Shown here: piece by piece, positions 1 to 9,061 of the stretch
Numbering within the stretch: the stretch's first letter is position 1
Layout of the letters: each line of letters starts with the position of its first letter
Sequence record: SRR22947727_2835
Length of the DNA: 54,136 nt
Strand: one strand, 5' to 3'
Made by a program: the position numbers and the translations under genes
The notes under the pieces: model-generated
Seen by the model: only the letters and a program-made list of their open reading frames with translations
Told to the model about the DNA's origin: nothing
Database searches by the model: none

Positions 1-438
1 TGCAAAAAAACCATATACAACTGTTGGAATCCCCGCCAGCAACTCAAGTAAAGGCTTAACAATATCTCTAGTTTTAGCCTTAGCAAACTCGGCCAAGTAT
101 ATAGCCGATAAGAGCCCTAGTGGGGTTGCGACTAACATCGCAATAAAACTAATTAAGAGTGTTCCTGTAAGAAGAGGAATAACACCAAATTTTCCACTCG
201 CCCCGACTTGATCCGCGCGTATCGCTGTTTGAGGACTCCACTCAAGGCTAAATAAAAACTCTGTTAACGGGATTTTTTCAAAAAATCGGAAGGCCTCAAA
301 AACTAAAGATGCCACAATTCCAATCGTAGTTAATATAGCAACAAAAGAGCTTGCAATCAGGACACCCTGAATAACAAACTCTTTAATTTGATTACGGCGA
401 TTCCTTCGCCGTAATTCATTTTGAATTTGGGGCCTCAC
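1..438 (-). CDS. pstC: Phosphate ABC transporter permease PstC (3' end runs off the window)
   Basis: Manual translation from GTG at 438, overlapping the pstS stop: [15 protein letters not shown]...[18 protein letters not shown]...[13 protein letters not shown]...[16 protein letters not shown]. Not in the ORF track. Confidence 0.92.
   Translation of the reverse strand, partial: MRPQIQNELRRRNRRNQIKEFVIQGVLIASSFVAILTTIGIVASLVFEAFRFFEKIPLTEFLFSLEWSPQTAIRADQVGASGKFGVIPLLTGTLLISFIAMLVATPLGLLSAIYLAEFAKAKTRDIVKPLLELLAGIPTVVYGFFA
391..415 (-). other. Stem-loop just downstream of the pstS stop, inside pstC codons
   Basis: Perfect 10-bp inverted repeat ATTACGGCGA-ttcct-TCGCCGTAAT; no U-tract after it on the coding strand. 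Confidence 0.6.
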
Positions 439-1520
439 TAATTCAACATAAGAGGCTCTAAGCCAAGTACGCTAGCCTTCCATTCTGAATGTTCGTCTAA
501 GTTCATTGGTATAAGCCCTTTTTCCGCCAAGTAGCCATCTGGTCCACTTGTTCGATCGCTCATAAACTCAGCTAAATATTCATATATTCCTGGAATTTTA
601 TTCACATTATCTTTTTTAACATAAAAATAGAGGGACCGAGATACAGGGTATGATCCCTCGGCAATATTTTCAAAAGTAGGCGGCATAGCATCTATTGTGC
701 TGCCTTGAACACTATCAGCATTTTGCTCCAAAAAACTAAACCCAAAAATACCCAAGGCATTAGGGTTTGCATTAAGTTTTTGTACGATTAAGTTATCATT
801 CTCGCCTGCTTCTATGAAATGCTCGTCCTCACGAATTGTATGGCATAGAGACTTATAAGCTTTTTTATCTGTCTTTTTTAATGCTTTAATCCAGTCAAAG
901 GTCTTACAGCCTCCTTCCATGGCAAGCTCAACAAAGGCGTCTCGCGTTCCTGATGTTGGAGGGGGGCCCATAACTTCAATTTTGTTAGTTGATAAAGCAG
1001 GGTTTACATCATTCCAGGTTTTATAACTATTGGGCTTTAGGCCGCCGCTGCCGTCAGGAACATCCTTAGCTAAAGCTAAAAATACATCCTTAAGGCTTAG
1101 GTTCATCTGGTTTGACTTACGAGAGTTTGCCATGACGATACCGTCGTAACCTACTTTAACCTCGACTATGTCGAAAATTCCATTTTCAGCGCAACGCTCC
1201 ACTTCTGATGCCTTAATCCGCCGAGATGCATTGGTAATATCAGGGTGATTGTCACCTAAGCCAGAGCAAAAAAGTTTCAGCCCGCCTCCTGATCCTGTGC
1301 TTTCTACTATTGGCGTTTTAAATGATGTAGACCGCCCAAAGTTTTCTGCAACAGTTGTAGCAAAGGGGTATACCGTTGAAGACCCTACGATTTTTATTTG
1401 GTCTCTAGATTCAGTAGAAGCAGGCACTTCTGATTTTATTGAGTCGGGCTTTATGTCTCCACCTCCACAAGCGGTAAGTCCGAAGGTCATCAAAGATAAT
1501 AATAAAGATTTTTTTAGCAT
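438..1520 (-). CDS. pstS: Phosphate-binding lipoprotein PstS
   Basis: Lipobox [31 protein letters not shown] and [10 protein letters not shown] motifs; adjacent to pstC. Confidence 0.95.
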   Translation of the reverse strand: MLKKSLLLSLMTFGLTACGGGDIKPDSIKSEVPASTESRDQIKIVGSSTVYPFATTVAENFGRSTSFKTPIVESTGSGGGLKLFCSGLGDNHPDITNASRRIKASEVERCAENGIFDIVEVKVGYDGIVMANSRKSNQMNLSLKDVFLALAKDVPDGSGGLKPNSYKTWNDVNPALSTNKIEVMGPPPTSGTRDAFVELAMEGGCKTFDWIKALKKTDKKAYKSLCHTIREDEHFIEAGENDNLIVQKLNANPNALGIFGFSFLEQNADSVQGSTIDAMPPTFENIAEGSYPVSRSLYFYVKKDNVNKIPGIYEYLAEFMSDRTSGPDGYLAEKGLIPMNLDEHSEWKASVLGLEPLMLN

Positions 1521-1540
1521 TGTATTAGCTCTCAGCTATA

Positions 1541-2671
1541 TTAAAAGTCAAACTGCAAACGGGCGACTAGTCCGCTTGCATTTTCAGCCGTGCCATTATC
1601 AGCATCAGCATCAAAATAGTTTACCCCTAGGCGAGTATATTTTGTTGGCCACCAATCGGCTCCAATTGCCAGTGTTCTAAGTTCTCCAGAATAAGGCCCA
1701 TCCTCAAGATCTAAACTGTCATAGCGTGCAACCAAAGAAACAGCTCCCATACCACCTTCGCCTAGAGAATTAGCAATCTTTGGGCGGTTAAATTTTCCAC
1801 CCTTATAAGTCTTTTTACCTCCAAAAAACATTCCAATCTCACCATAGAAACCTGAGAAATCAGCGTTTTCATTTAAGTTGTTTCCTTTAGCGTTCAGAAC
1901 TGCATATTCGCCACTAGCCCATAGATTATTGTGAATAATAGCAGCCTCAGCCCCTATAAAGTTATCTTTTCCGGCAAAGCGCCCAGTATCAACAATACGA
2001 TTTGGAGCCACGTGAGTGAAAGGGCGTTGTCGATACCTGATATCACTTTCCGTCTCACCCTTTTTACGATAACGCCAGGATGTTCCCAAATGTACCAGAG
2101 TTTGATCTGTTTTAATTGGGTTAAATGTTCCTCTTGCTGAGATTGCATGGCCTTCATCTGCACCGCCATCATTCTCTAAATTTGTAGTAAAAACTCCAGC
2201 ATCAAATGTAAAATTATCTCCAGAAGTTCCTACAGAGGCCCCAACACGCCGGTCAAATGCAAAAGCATCTGTAAATGCAGAGCGCTCAAGAGTTGATATA
2301 AAACGAGATGAAGTTTGTTCATCCAAAGAATTATGCGTTTTAAATTGCCCTAATTTTACCTTAACTTTACTATTGCTAGGTACAAATTGTATATAAGCAT
2401 CTTCTACTTTAACTGATTTTCCAGATGCCTTATTGATCTCAAATTTATACTTGATATTTGAACCATACTTGCCAGAAACATTTAATCTCGCTCTTCGGAT
2501 TTCCGTGTCATTAATATTAGTATCTGGTGTATCAATATCAGCAGTTGTGTAATCAACCTGTACGCGGCCTCCAACCTTTATTGTTTTATCAGCAGCCCAT
2601 GATGTCTCACAAAGTACCATTGCCATTGTAGCAAAAGAAACCCCTGCACCCTTAATTAATTTATATGACAT
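1541..2671 (-). CDS. OprO/OprP-family phosphate-selective porin
   Basis: Signal peptide, GGRVQVD and EIRRARL motifs, TSSRFISTLERS, C-terminal LQFDF; first gene of the pst operon. Confidence 0.88.
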   Translation of the reverse strand: MSYKLIKGAGVSFATMAMVLCETSWAADKTIKVGGRVQVDYTTADIDTPDTNINDTEIRRARLNVSGKYGSNIKYKFEINKASGKSVKVEDAYIQFVPSNSKVKVKLGQFKTHNSLDEQTSSRFISTLERSAFTDAFAFDRRVGASVGTSGDNFTFDAGVFTTNLENDGGADEGHAISARGTFNPIKTDQTLVHLGTSWRYRKKGETESDIRYRQRPFTHVAPNRIVDTGRFAGKDNFIGAEAAIIHNNLWASGEYAVLNAKGNNLNENADFSGFYGEIGMFFGGKKTYKGGKFNRPKIANSLGEGGMGAVSLVARYDSLDLEDGPYSGELRTLAIGADWWPTKYTRLGVNYFDADADNGTAENASGLVARLQFDF

Positions 2672-2728
2672 TTTCTTATTCTAACCTTTTTAATAAATTT
2701 AGTTTGTTATAAAAATTAAACTAGAATT

Positions 2729-2790
2729 ATGACGGTTATTTATATTTTATATGACATCTTTGTAATATTTTTTTGAAGGTTTTGTGACAA
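2729..2790 (-). promoter_or_regulatory. Pho box array (PhoB-binding direct repeats)
   Basis: Minus-strand 11-bp-phased units TTGTCAC/CCTTCAA/ATATTAC/ATGTCAT/AATATAA/CCGTCAT against the CTGTCAT consensus, upstream of porin-pstS-pstC. Confidence 0.78.
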
Positions 2791-2913
2791 TTAAGAGTTT
2801 TTAAACTAAAAATCACCAGAAAAACTTGCTTTTTTACTTGTAATTATTCTTATGTTTGTAATGAAAATAGCATATTAAAATGCTGAATATACTTTATTAT
2901 TTTGGAATCACAA

Positions 2914-3588
2914 ATGACTAGAATCAAACCAAATGCACTATTAGCAGAATTTATTGGCAGTGCTTTTTTGTGCGGAGTTGTTGTGGGTTCAGGAATAATG
3001 GCATCCGATCTAAGCGGAGGCAATATAGCAGTTACATTATTAGGTAACTCAATAGCAACTGCAGCTATACTCTGGGTACTTGTTGCCATATTAGGGCCAA
3101 TATCTGGAGCTCACTTTAACCCCGCTGTTACGGTTGCATTTTATATTGATAAGAAAATAAAAGTATCTAGTGCTGTTTATTATATAATCTTACAAGTATT
3201 AGGTTGTATATTAGGTGTTTGGCTTGCACACGCCATGTTTGATAAAGCTATTCTTCAGGTGGCCACAACAGCCAGGTCTGGCAATCATTTTTTACTGTCA
3301 GAAAGCATAGCAACTTTTGCATTGGTTTTTGCAATATTTGGAGCTGTTAGATATGCTCCAAAATCTGTACCTGCAGCTGTGGCCTTAACTATTCTGGCAG
3401 GGTATTGGTGGACATCCTCAACTAGCTTTGCAAATCCGGCGATAACAATAGGACGGGCCTTAACAAATACTTTTACTGGAATAAATCCTAATAACCTTAT
3501 TGGATTTATATTGGCACAATTATTTGGGGCAGTATCAGCAGTATTAGTTTGTCAATTTACCTTTTCTAAACCGCAAAACAAAACGTAA
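2914..3588 (+). CDS. MIP/aquaporin family channel (AqpS-like)
   Basis: Two NPA motifs (SGAHFNPAVT, SSTSFANPAIT), multiple TM helices, VVVGSGIMA N-terminal motif; ATG 2914 preferred over TTG 2902. Confidence 0.9.
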   Translation: MTRIKPNALLAEFIGSAFLCGVVVGSGIMASDLSGGNIAVTLLGNSIATAAILWVLVAILGPISGAHFNPAVTVAFYIDKKIKVSSAVYYIILQVLGCILGVWLAHAMFDKAILQVATTARSGNHFLLSESIATFALVFAIFGAVRYAPKSVPAAVALTILAGYWWTSSTSFANPAITIGRALTNTFTGINPNNLIGFILAQLFGAVSAVLVCQFTFSKPQNKT

Positions 3589-3662
3589 TTTTATTTATAA
3601 TTACCTGAGCTTCAATTTCTATTCTATGAAACCTTTCTAAGTAGAACCATGCCTTTTTTTAT

Positions 3663-4844
3663 CTAAATTACAAAATTAAGGTCACTCACGGCTTGAAAGG
3701 CTTTTTTAACTTTGCGGTCTTTGTCATAAAGTAGTGGATAATTAGGCCGTTCCACAGGGAAGCCATTTAGCCAAGAAGCGTCATCGGTTAAACCCCAAAG
3801 CGATACAGATTTTACTGAGGGTCGAGCCGCAAATCCAGTAAACAAGTCCCTATACATTTGAGCCTGGTCATTAATAACACTCTCAGGCACATTATCCCCA
3901 TAGCTAGTGGCGCAATTTTCACCCGAGGAAAAGCATTCTCCAGGATCCGAATAAACCGATATATCTAGCTCCGTAATATGGTTGATAAGGCCAGAAAACA
4001 AAGCATCAACATCATCAATTGCTTTCAAAGCTTGGTCCACATTACTGCTTAATTGAAGGTGATGTTGATGCCCCACACCATCGATGGGTATCCCTCGATC
4101 TATAAGATCTTTAACGACAGCTAGCAACCTTGTGCGCTTACCCGAAGTTTCAGTATTATAATCATTTAAAAAAAGCTTTGTGTCAGGGTCAGCGGCACGG
4201 GCGGCTTCAAATGCCCAATCAATGTAATCTTTGCTGTTTCCTGCGGCTTGATACCATCGACTGTTTCGGTAAGGGGCTGTTATATCAGATCCGTTGTCAG
4301 TTACTACTTCATTGACGACATCCCAAGCATAAACTTTGCCTTTAAAATGAGTTACAACATCAGTTATATATTTTTGAAGTCGGTCCTTTACCTCAATTGG
4401 TGTACCTTGAAAAAAATAATCTGGTGTTTGTCGGTGCCATAAAAGGGTGTGACCACGAATAGCAATCCCGTTAGCCTCTGAAAAATTTACAAGGGCGTCT
4501 GCATCTGCAAAATTATAAACCCCTTCCGCAGGAGATAAGCTTTGAGGTTTCATAATGTTTTCTGCAGTAATGGATGAAAACTGCTTTACGAGAATATCTG
4601 CATCTTCTGTCTCAGATTCAATTTGTGCAAGGCCAATGGCCGCCCCTACTAAAAAATTTGATTCATATTGCCTCTTAAGGGCGCCATCGGCTGCAGTTGG
4701 GGGTGAGGGTGAGGGTGAAGGAGGAAGCAAGGGAACTACTGCTGCAGAACTTAGTGGTAATTCTTTACCACGTCCGCAACCCACTAACGCAAAAAATGCA
4801 GCGCCCGCTAATAGTTTGAGCCTAAGTCTCGCATTGATATTCAT
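3663..4844 (-). CDS. Glycoside hydrolase family 10 (endo-1,4-beta-xylanase-like) lipoprotein
   Basis: ITAENIMK, RGHTLLWH, WDVVNE (acid/base), NDYN, GVGHQHH, ITELD (nucleophile); lipobox LVGC and a Pro/Ser linker. Confidence 0.93.
   Translation of the reverse strand: MNINARLRLKLLAGAAFFALVGCGRGKELPLSSAAVVPLLPPSPSPSPPTAADGALKRQYESNFLVGAAIGLAQIESETEDADILVKQFSSITAENIMKPQSLSPAEGVYNFADADALVNFSEANGIAIRGHTLLWHRQTPDYFFQGTPIEVKDRLQKYITDVVTHFKGKVYAWDVVNEVVTDNGSDITAPYRNSRWYQAAGNSKDYIDWAFEAARAADPDTKLFLNDYNTETSGKRTRLLAVVKDLIDRGIPIDGVGHQHHLQLSSNVDQALKAIDDVDALFSGLINHITELDISVYSDPGECFSSGENCATSYGDNVPESVINDQAQMYRDLFTGFAARPSVKSVSLWGLTDDASWLNGFPVERPNYPLLYDKDRKVKKAFQAVSDLNFVI
4701..4718. repeat. Hexamer tandem repeat (GGGTGA)x3 encoding the Pro/Ser linker
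   Basis: Directly visible; translates as SPSPSP in the GH10 ORF. Confidence 0.8.
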
Positions 4845-4934
4845 TATTCGTCTCAGTCACTTAGTTTAAGTTTAATGTAAATAGTTAACTTATTTTTTTA
4901 TTATCTATAGCGCACTCATTGACATAGAAAAAAC

Positions 4935-5009
4935 TGGAGCGGGCGATGAGATTCGAACCCACGACCCTCACCTTGGCAAGGTGATGCTCTACCACTGAGC
5001 TACGCCCGC
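4935..5009 (-). tRNA. tRNA-Gly(GCC)
   Basis: GCGGGCGTAGCTCAGTGGTAGAGCATCACCTTGCCAAGGTGAGGGTCGTGGGTTCGAATCTCATCGCCCGCTCCA, 75 nt cloverleaf with encoded CCA. Confidence 0.97.
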
Positions 5010-5055
5010 TCATTTTCACGTATACTAGATAGAATAAAATTCTATCTGTGATAGA

Positions 5056-5090
5056 CGGCGCTATATGGCCTAAAGATTAATTATAATCAA
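5056..5090 (-). promoter_or_regulatory. Putative sigma70 promoter of tRNA-Gly with GC-rich discriminator
   Basis: TTGATT-N17-CATATA followed by GCGCCG on the minus strand. Confidence 0.6.
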
Positions 5091-5154
5091 GAAGCTTTGA
5101 AATTTTTTTTTATTAGTTTAATGGCTAGCTAAGGATAAAGTTAGAAAGAAAAAT

Positions 5155-5655
5155 ATGCCTATTAGCCGTGAAGATTTATTTTTATACTTAAATGATCTCA
5201 ATATCAAACACAGCACTATAAAGCATAAACCTATATTTAAGGTTGAGGACAGCCTATCACTTAAAAAAACTATGGATGGGGCAAATACTAAAAACCTTTT
5301 TTTAAAAGATAAAAAAGGAGAGCTTTTTTTAGTATGTGCCGTCAGTGATACAAAGATTAATGTCAATAGACTGCACCAGGTTCTTGGTTGCAAACGTCTG
5401 TCTTTTGGGAAAACTGATGTTTTAAAAAGTGCCCTGGGAATTACCCCTGGCTCAGTAACTTTATTTTCAATTATAAATGACACCGCGCTTAACGTAACTC
5501 TTGTGATTGATAAATTTTTAATGGATTATAAAATCGTTAACTTTCACCCCTTGTTAAATGATGCAACAACCGCCATTTCTAGTTCAGATATGATAAAATT
5601 TGCGAAATCAACTAAGCACGAACCCTTAATTGTCGATTTTGCGAAACTTGAATAA
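5155..5655 (+). CDS. YbaK/PrdX-type prolyl-tRNA editing protein
   Basis: TKNLFLKDKKG, RLSF, LGITPGSVTLF and NFHPLLN motifs. Confidence 0.88.
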   Translation: MPISREDLFLYLNDLNIKHSTIKHKPIFKVEDSLSLKKTMDGANTKNLFLKDKKGELFLVCAVSDTKINVNRLHQVLGCKRLSFGKTDVLKSALGITPGSVTLFSIINDTALNVTLVIDKFLMDYKIVNFHPLLNDATTAISSSDMIKFAKSTKHEPLIVDFAKLE

Positions 5656-5667
5656 GAAGGTAAAATT

Positions 5668-6552
5668 ATGAATGAAAGTAGTGAAGTAGTCATCGATGGC
5701 TCAGACATGAGCTTCATGAAGGATGTTGTTACAGTCAGTCAAGAAACACCTGTAATTGTAGACTTCTGGGCACCTTGGTGCGGCCCATGTAAGCAATTAA
5801 TGCCAGTTCTGGAAAGAATTGTAAAAGCCGCAAACGGTAAAGTAAAAATGGTAAAAATTAATATCGATGAAAACCCAGGGATTGCGGGACAGCTTGGGGT
5901 TAGATCAATTCCTGCTGTTTATGCTTTCAAAAATGGAAAGCCCGTTGATGCCTTTCAGGGCGAACAACCAGAATCAGAAATTAAAAAGTTTGTTAGTAGG
6001 CTAGCAGGGGAAACAGATCCTGCTGAGGAAGCGAAGGCACTAGCGGTCCGTGCCAAAGATAGTCTGGCTGCAGGGGATCCAGGGGGCGCTGCGCAAGATT
6101 ATGCGCAAGCCCTATCGCTCGATCCTGACAGCCCTGAAGCAATGGCGGGCCTAATACGACTATATATTGATGGTGGGAACGAAGAAGCTGCTAAAGATTT
6201 ATTAGCCTCAGCACATGAGAGTATATTAGAACATCCAGAAATGAAGGCTGTACAATCAAAGTTGTCGTTGATAACCAAACCGGAAGAGCCTGACATCACT
6301 CTTGATTTGCTTGCAAAAGTTAAAGCTAATCCCGAGAATCTAGATATGCGCTTAACCGCAGCAAAAGCTCTGGCAGGGAGTGGTAGGAATGAAGAAGCAA
6401 TAGAGCATTTATTATATTCTATCGCTAAAAACCGCAGTTATAATAATGAAGCCGCGAGGCTTTTCTTACTTACAATATTTGAGGCTGAAGGTGCTACTTC
6501 CGAAATATCGATAAATGGACGCAGGGCTCTGTCTTCCATCCTTTTTGCTTAA
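5668..6552 (+). CDS. ybbN: Thioredoxin-TPR co-chaperone YbbN/CnoX
   Basis: VDFWAPWCGPCK thioredoxin domain, TPR-like helices, C-terminal GRRALSSILF. Confidence 0.9.
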   Translation: MNESSEVVIDGSDMSFMKDVVTVSQETPVIVDFWAPWCGPCKQLMPVLERIVKAANGKVKMVKINIDENPGIAGQLGVRSIPAVYAFKNGKPVDAFQGEQPESEIKKFVSRLAGETDPAEEAKALAVRAKDSLAAGDPGGAAQDYAQALSLDPDSPEAMAGLIRLYIDGGNEEAAKDLLASAHESILEHPEMKAVQSKLSLITKPEEPDITLDLLAKVKANPENLDMRLTAAKALAGSGRNEEAIEHLLYSIAKNRSYNNEAARLFLLTIFEAEGATSEISINGRRALSSILFA

Positions 6553-6569
6553 ACCCCCGTAGGAATGAT

Positions 6570-7241
6570 ATGAGTTCTCACTATAAGTCCCTTACCCGCC
6601 GAACAAACCCTGAAGTGGTTCCAATATTTCCTTTGAATGGGGCAGTTTTACTACCAGCCTGCGACTTGCCCTTGAATATTTTTGAACCCCGTTATTTAAA
6701 TATGATCGACGATGCACTAAAAAATGATCGATTAATTGGAATGGTACAGAATCAAAATGATAAATTAGCCAAAATCGGCGGTCTTGGAAGAATAACCCAG
6801 TTCTCTGAAGCAGAAGATGGTAGATACATAATTGTTTTGAAAGGCCTTAAACGTTTTAAAGTCGTATCTGAAGAAACTGTTAAAACTCCTTATCGTAAAG
6901 CTAAAGTTAGCTACCAAGGGTTTGAAAGCGATGCTGATGTGCATAATGCAAGTCAAACTTCTGAGGCTCTTTCAGGAAAATCTGGGGAAAGAACTACCTT
7001 AACAATAGCTATGAAGGCTCTTGCAAAAACGCTAAATGTTCAAATTGATTGGAAAAGCTTAGGCGAAATACCATTGCCAATTTTAATAAATCAGGCTGCA
7101 ATGATAAGCCCTTTCGCGTCAGAAGATAAACAATCTTTGATAGAAGCAGTATCTACAGATGATAGAAGAAAATTACTTATCGGCTTGATGCACCTCTACG
7201 CCAGTAAAGATATAAATCAAGATTCAAGTAAATCGCAATAA
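6570..7241 (+). CDS. LON peptidase substrate-binding domain protein
   Basis: PIFPLNGAVLLP...LPLNIFEPRYLNMI; usual position after ybbN. Confidence 0.88.
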   Translation: MSSHYKSLTRRTNPEVVPIFPLNGAVLLPACDLPLNIFEPRYLNMIDDALKNDRLIGMVQNQNDKLAKIGGLGRITQFSEAEDGRYIIVLKGLKRFKVVSEETVKTPYRKAKVSYQGFESDADVHNASQTSEALSGKSGERTTLTIAMKALAKTLNVQIDWKSLGEIPLPILINQAAMISPFASEDKQSLIEAVSTDDRRKLLIGLMHLYASKDINQDSSKSQ

Positions 7242-7277
7242 TGAGGTTTCGGGCTTAAAAATGGACGAAAAAACAAA

Positions 7278-7448
7278 GTGATAATTGATCCGAAAATGCT
7301 TAATATATTGGTATGTCCCAAAACAAGAGGGCCGCTTACGTTTGATAGTAAAACAAATGAGCTCATAAGTAAAAAAGCAAAGCTAGCATATCCTATCAAA
7401 GACGGTATTCCTATATTACTCATTGACAGAGCGCGTAAGTTAGAATGA
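7278..7448 (+). CDS. Trm112/YcaR family small protein (56 aa)
   Basis: Manual translation from [26 protein letters not shown]...[21 protein letters not shown]. Below the ORF-track cutoff; start uncertain. Confidence 0.88.
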   Translation: MIIDPKMLNILVCPKTRGPLTFDSKTNELISKKAKLAYPIKDGIPILLIDRARKLE

Positions 7449-7476
7449 CTTGACATTTTATAAATACCTACCACCT
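7449..7476 (+). promoter_or_regulatory. Putative RpoH-like promoter of hslV
   Basis: CTTGAC-N16-CCACCT, then AAGGAG RBS before ATG 7497. Confidence 0.5.
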
Positions 7477-7496
7477 GTAAACAATAAGGAGTTTAT

Positions 7497-8075
7497 ATGT
7501 CTACATTAGATTACGCTGATGCAAGCAAGTGGCGCGGAACGACGATTTTATCAGTCAGAAAAAATGGGAAAATTGTTGTTGTAGGTGACGGGCAAGTAAG
7601 CGCCGGAAACACTGTCATGAAAGCAAGCGCAAAAAAAGTACGGACTCTTGCGGGGGGAAATGTCATAACAGGATTTGCCGGCGCAACCGCCGATGCATTT
7701 GCATTACTCGAACGACTAGAGGCCAAATTAGAGCAATATCCCACACAGCTAGCCAGAGCTTGTGTTGAGCTAGCTAAAGATTGGAGGACAGACAAGTACT
7801 TAAGACAATTACAAGCAATGATGATAGTTGCAGACAATAGCGATACCTTCGTTCTTACAGGAAATGGGGATGTAGTTGAACCTGATAAATTATCAAGCGG
7901 TAGCAGAATTATAGCCATTGGTAGCGGTGGAAACTATGCACTGTCTGCTGCTTTAGCAATGGATGATTACGAGAAAGACGCAGAGGTGTTGGCTAAAAAA
8001 TCAATGTCTATTGCTAATAAACTATGTGTTTTTACCAATGACAACCTCACGGTTGAATCCCTAAAAACTAAATAA
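7497..8075 (+). CDS. hslV: ATP-dependent protease peptidase subunit HslV
   Basis: [42 protein letters not shown]. Confidence 0.97.
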   Translation: MSTLDYADASKWRGTTILSVRKNGKIVVVGDGQVSAGNTVMKASAKKVRTLAGGNVITGFAGATADAFALLERLEAKLEQYPTQLARACVELAKDWRTDKYLRQLQAMMIVADNSDTFVLTGNGDVVEPDKLSSGSRIIAIGSGGNYALSAALAMDDYEKDAEVLAKKSMSIANKLCVFTNDNLTVESLKTK

Positions 8076-8093
8076 AGACAGTTACTTATGGGT

Positions 8094-9032
8094 TTATGAT
8101 TTAAGTTTTTTAATCAGGCCCTCTAATTGTTCACCTGTTTTATATTTAATCCTTAACTCACCCCCTGGACTCTTGTGTCGTAAGTTTACTATAAGCCCTA
8201 GATGGTCTGAGAGCTCATTTTCAACCTTTCGAACGTTGGCATCTTTTTGAGCAGGAATGCTGTTTTTGCCATCACCGGCCTTTATTCTACGTACCCAATC
8301 TTCTGCTTCGCGAACAGACAGGCCCTTACCTACAATCGCATCTGCAAGCTCTGCTGGATCGGGTGCAGCGATTATTGCTCTAGCATGACCAGCACTTATA
8401 CTCCCTTTAGCTAAATATTCTTGAGCGATTAATGGTAAAGTTAAAAGTCGCAACATATTAGCTATATGTGGACGCGACTTTCCCACAGATTTAGCTATAT
8501 CTTGTTGAGTTCTTGAAAATTGTTCTGATAATGCCTTATAAGCATGCGCCTCTTCAATCGGATTTAAGTCAGCTCGTTGCACATTTTCAACAACGCCAAT
8601 CTCTAAAACCTCTTGGTCGGTGAGGTCCCTTATCAAGACCGGCATTGCATCAAGTTTAGCGCTCAATGATGCCTGCCAGCGTCTTTCTCCTGCTACAATT
8701 TGGTATAAACTTTCACTTTGTCTGTTGTTTATTGAGATTGGCCTAACGAGTATAGGTTGTAGCACCCCTTTGTCTCTTATAGAGTTGGTTAGTTCTTGCA
8801 ATTTTTCTTTATCAAAATATTTTCTAGGTTGATCTGGGTTACGAACAAGTTGATTGATACCAACCATTGTTACCCCACTTTTGGGTCTCACATCTTTATT
8901 CGAACCACTGGCGTTATTTTTTTTTATAACTGCTCTGTTTGAGTCATCCACAATTCCTGGAATGCCGATATCAGACATTAAAGCAGATAATCCCCTACCC
9001 AAACCACGCTCTTTAATTTTTTTATCTGACAT
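8094..9032 (-). CDS. parB: Chromosome partitioning protein ParB
   Basis: RGLGRGLSAL, NPDQPRK, GVLQPILVR, AGERRWQA, ENVQRADLNPIEEA. Confidence 0.97.
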   Translation of the reverse strand: MSDKKIKERGLGRGLSALMSDIGIPGIVDDSNRAVIKKNNASGSNKDVRPKSGVTMVGINQLVRNPDQPRKYFDKEKLQELTNSIRDKGVLQPILVRPISINNRQSESLYQIVAGERRWQASLSAKLDAMPVLIRDLTDQEVLEIGVVENVQRADLNPIEEAHAYKALSEQFSRTQQDIAKSVGKSRPHIANMLRLLTLPLIAQEYLAKGSISAGHARAIIAAPDPAELADAIVGKGLSVREAEDWVRRIKAGDGKNSIPAQKDANVRKVENELSDHLGLIVNLRHKSPGGELRIKYKTGEQLEGLIKKLKS

Positions 9033-9061
9033 CTTTATAACCTATTGTTTATATTGTTTTT

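Noticed and set aside
2850..4934. Integrative island at the tRNA-Gly 3' end
   Set aside because: No integrase or transposase, and I saw no duplicated tRNA 3' end (att repeat) downstream.
7497..7538. N-terminal extension on HslV before the catalytic Thr
   Set aside because: A short propeptide ending in W-x-G before TT is usual in alphaproteobacterial HslV.
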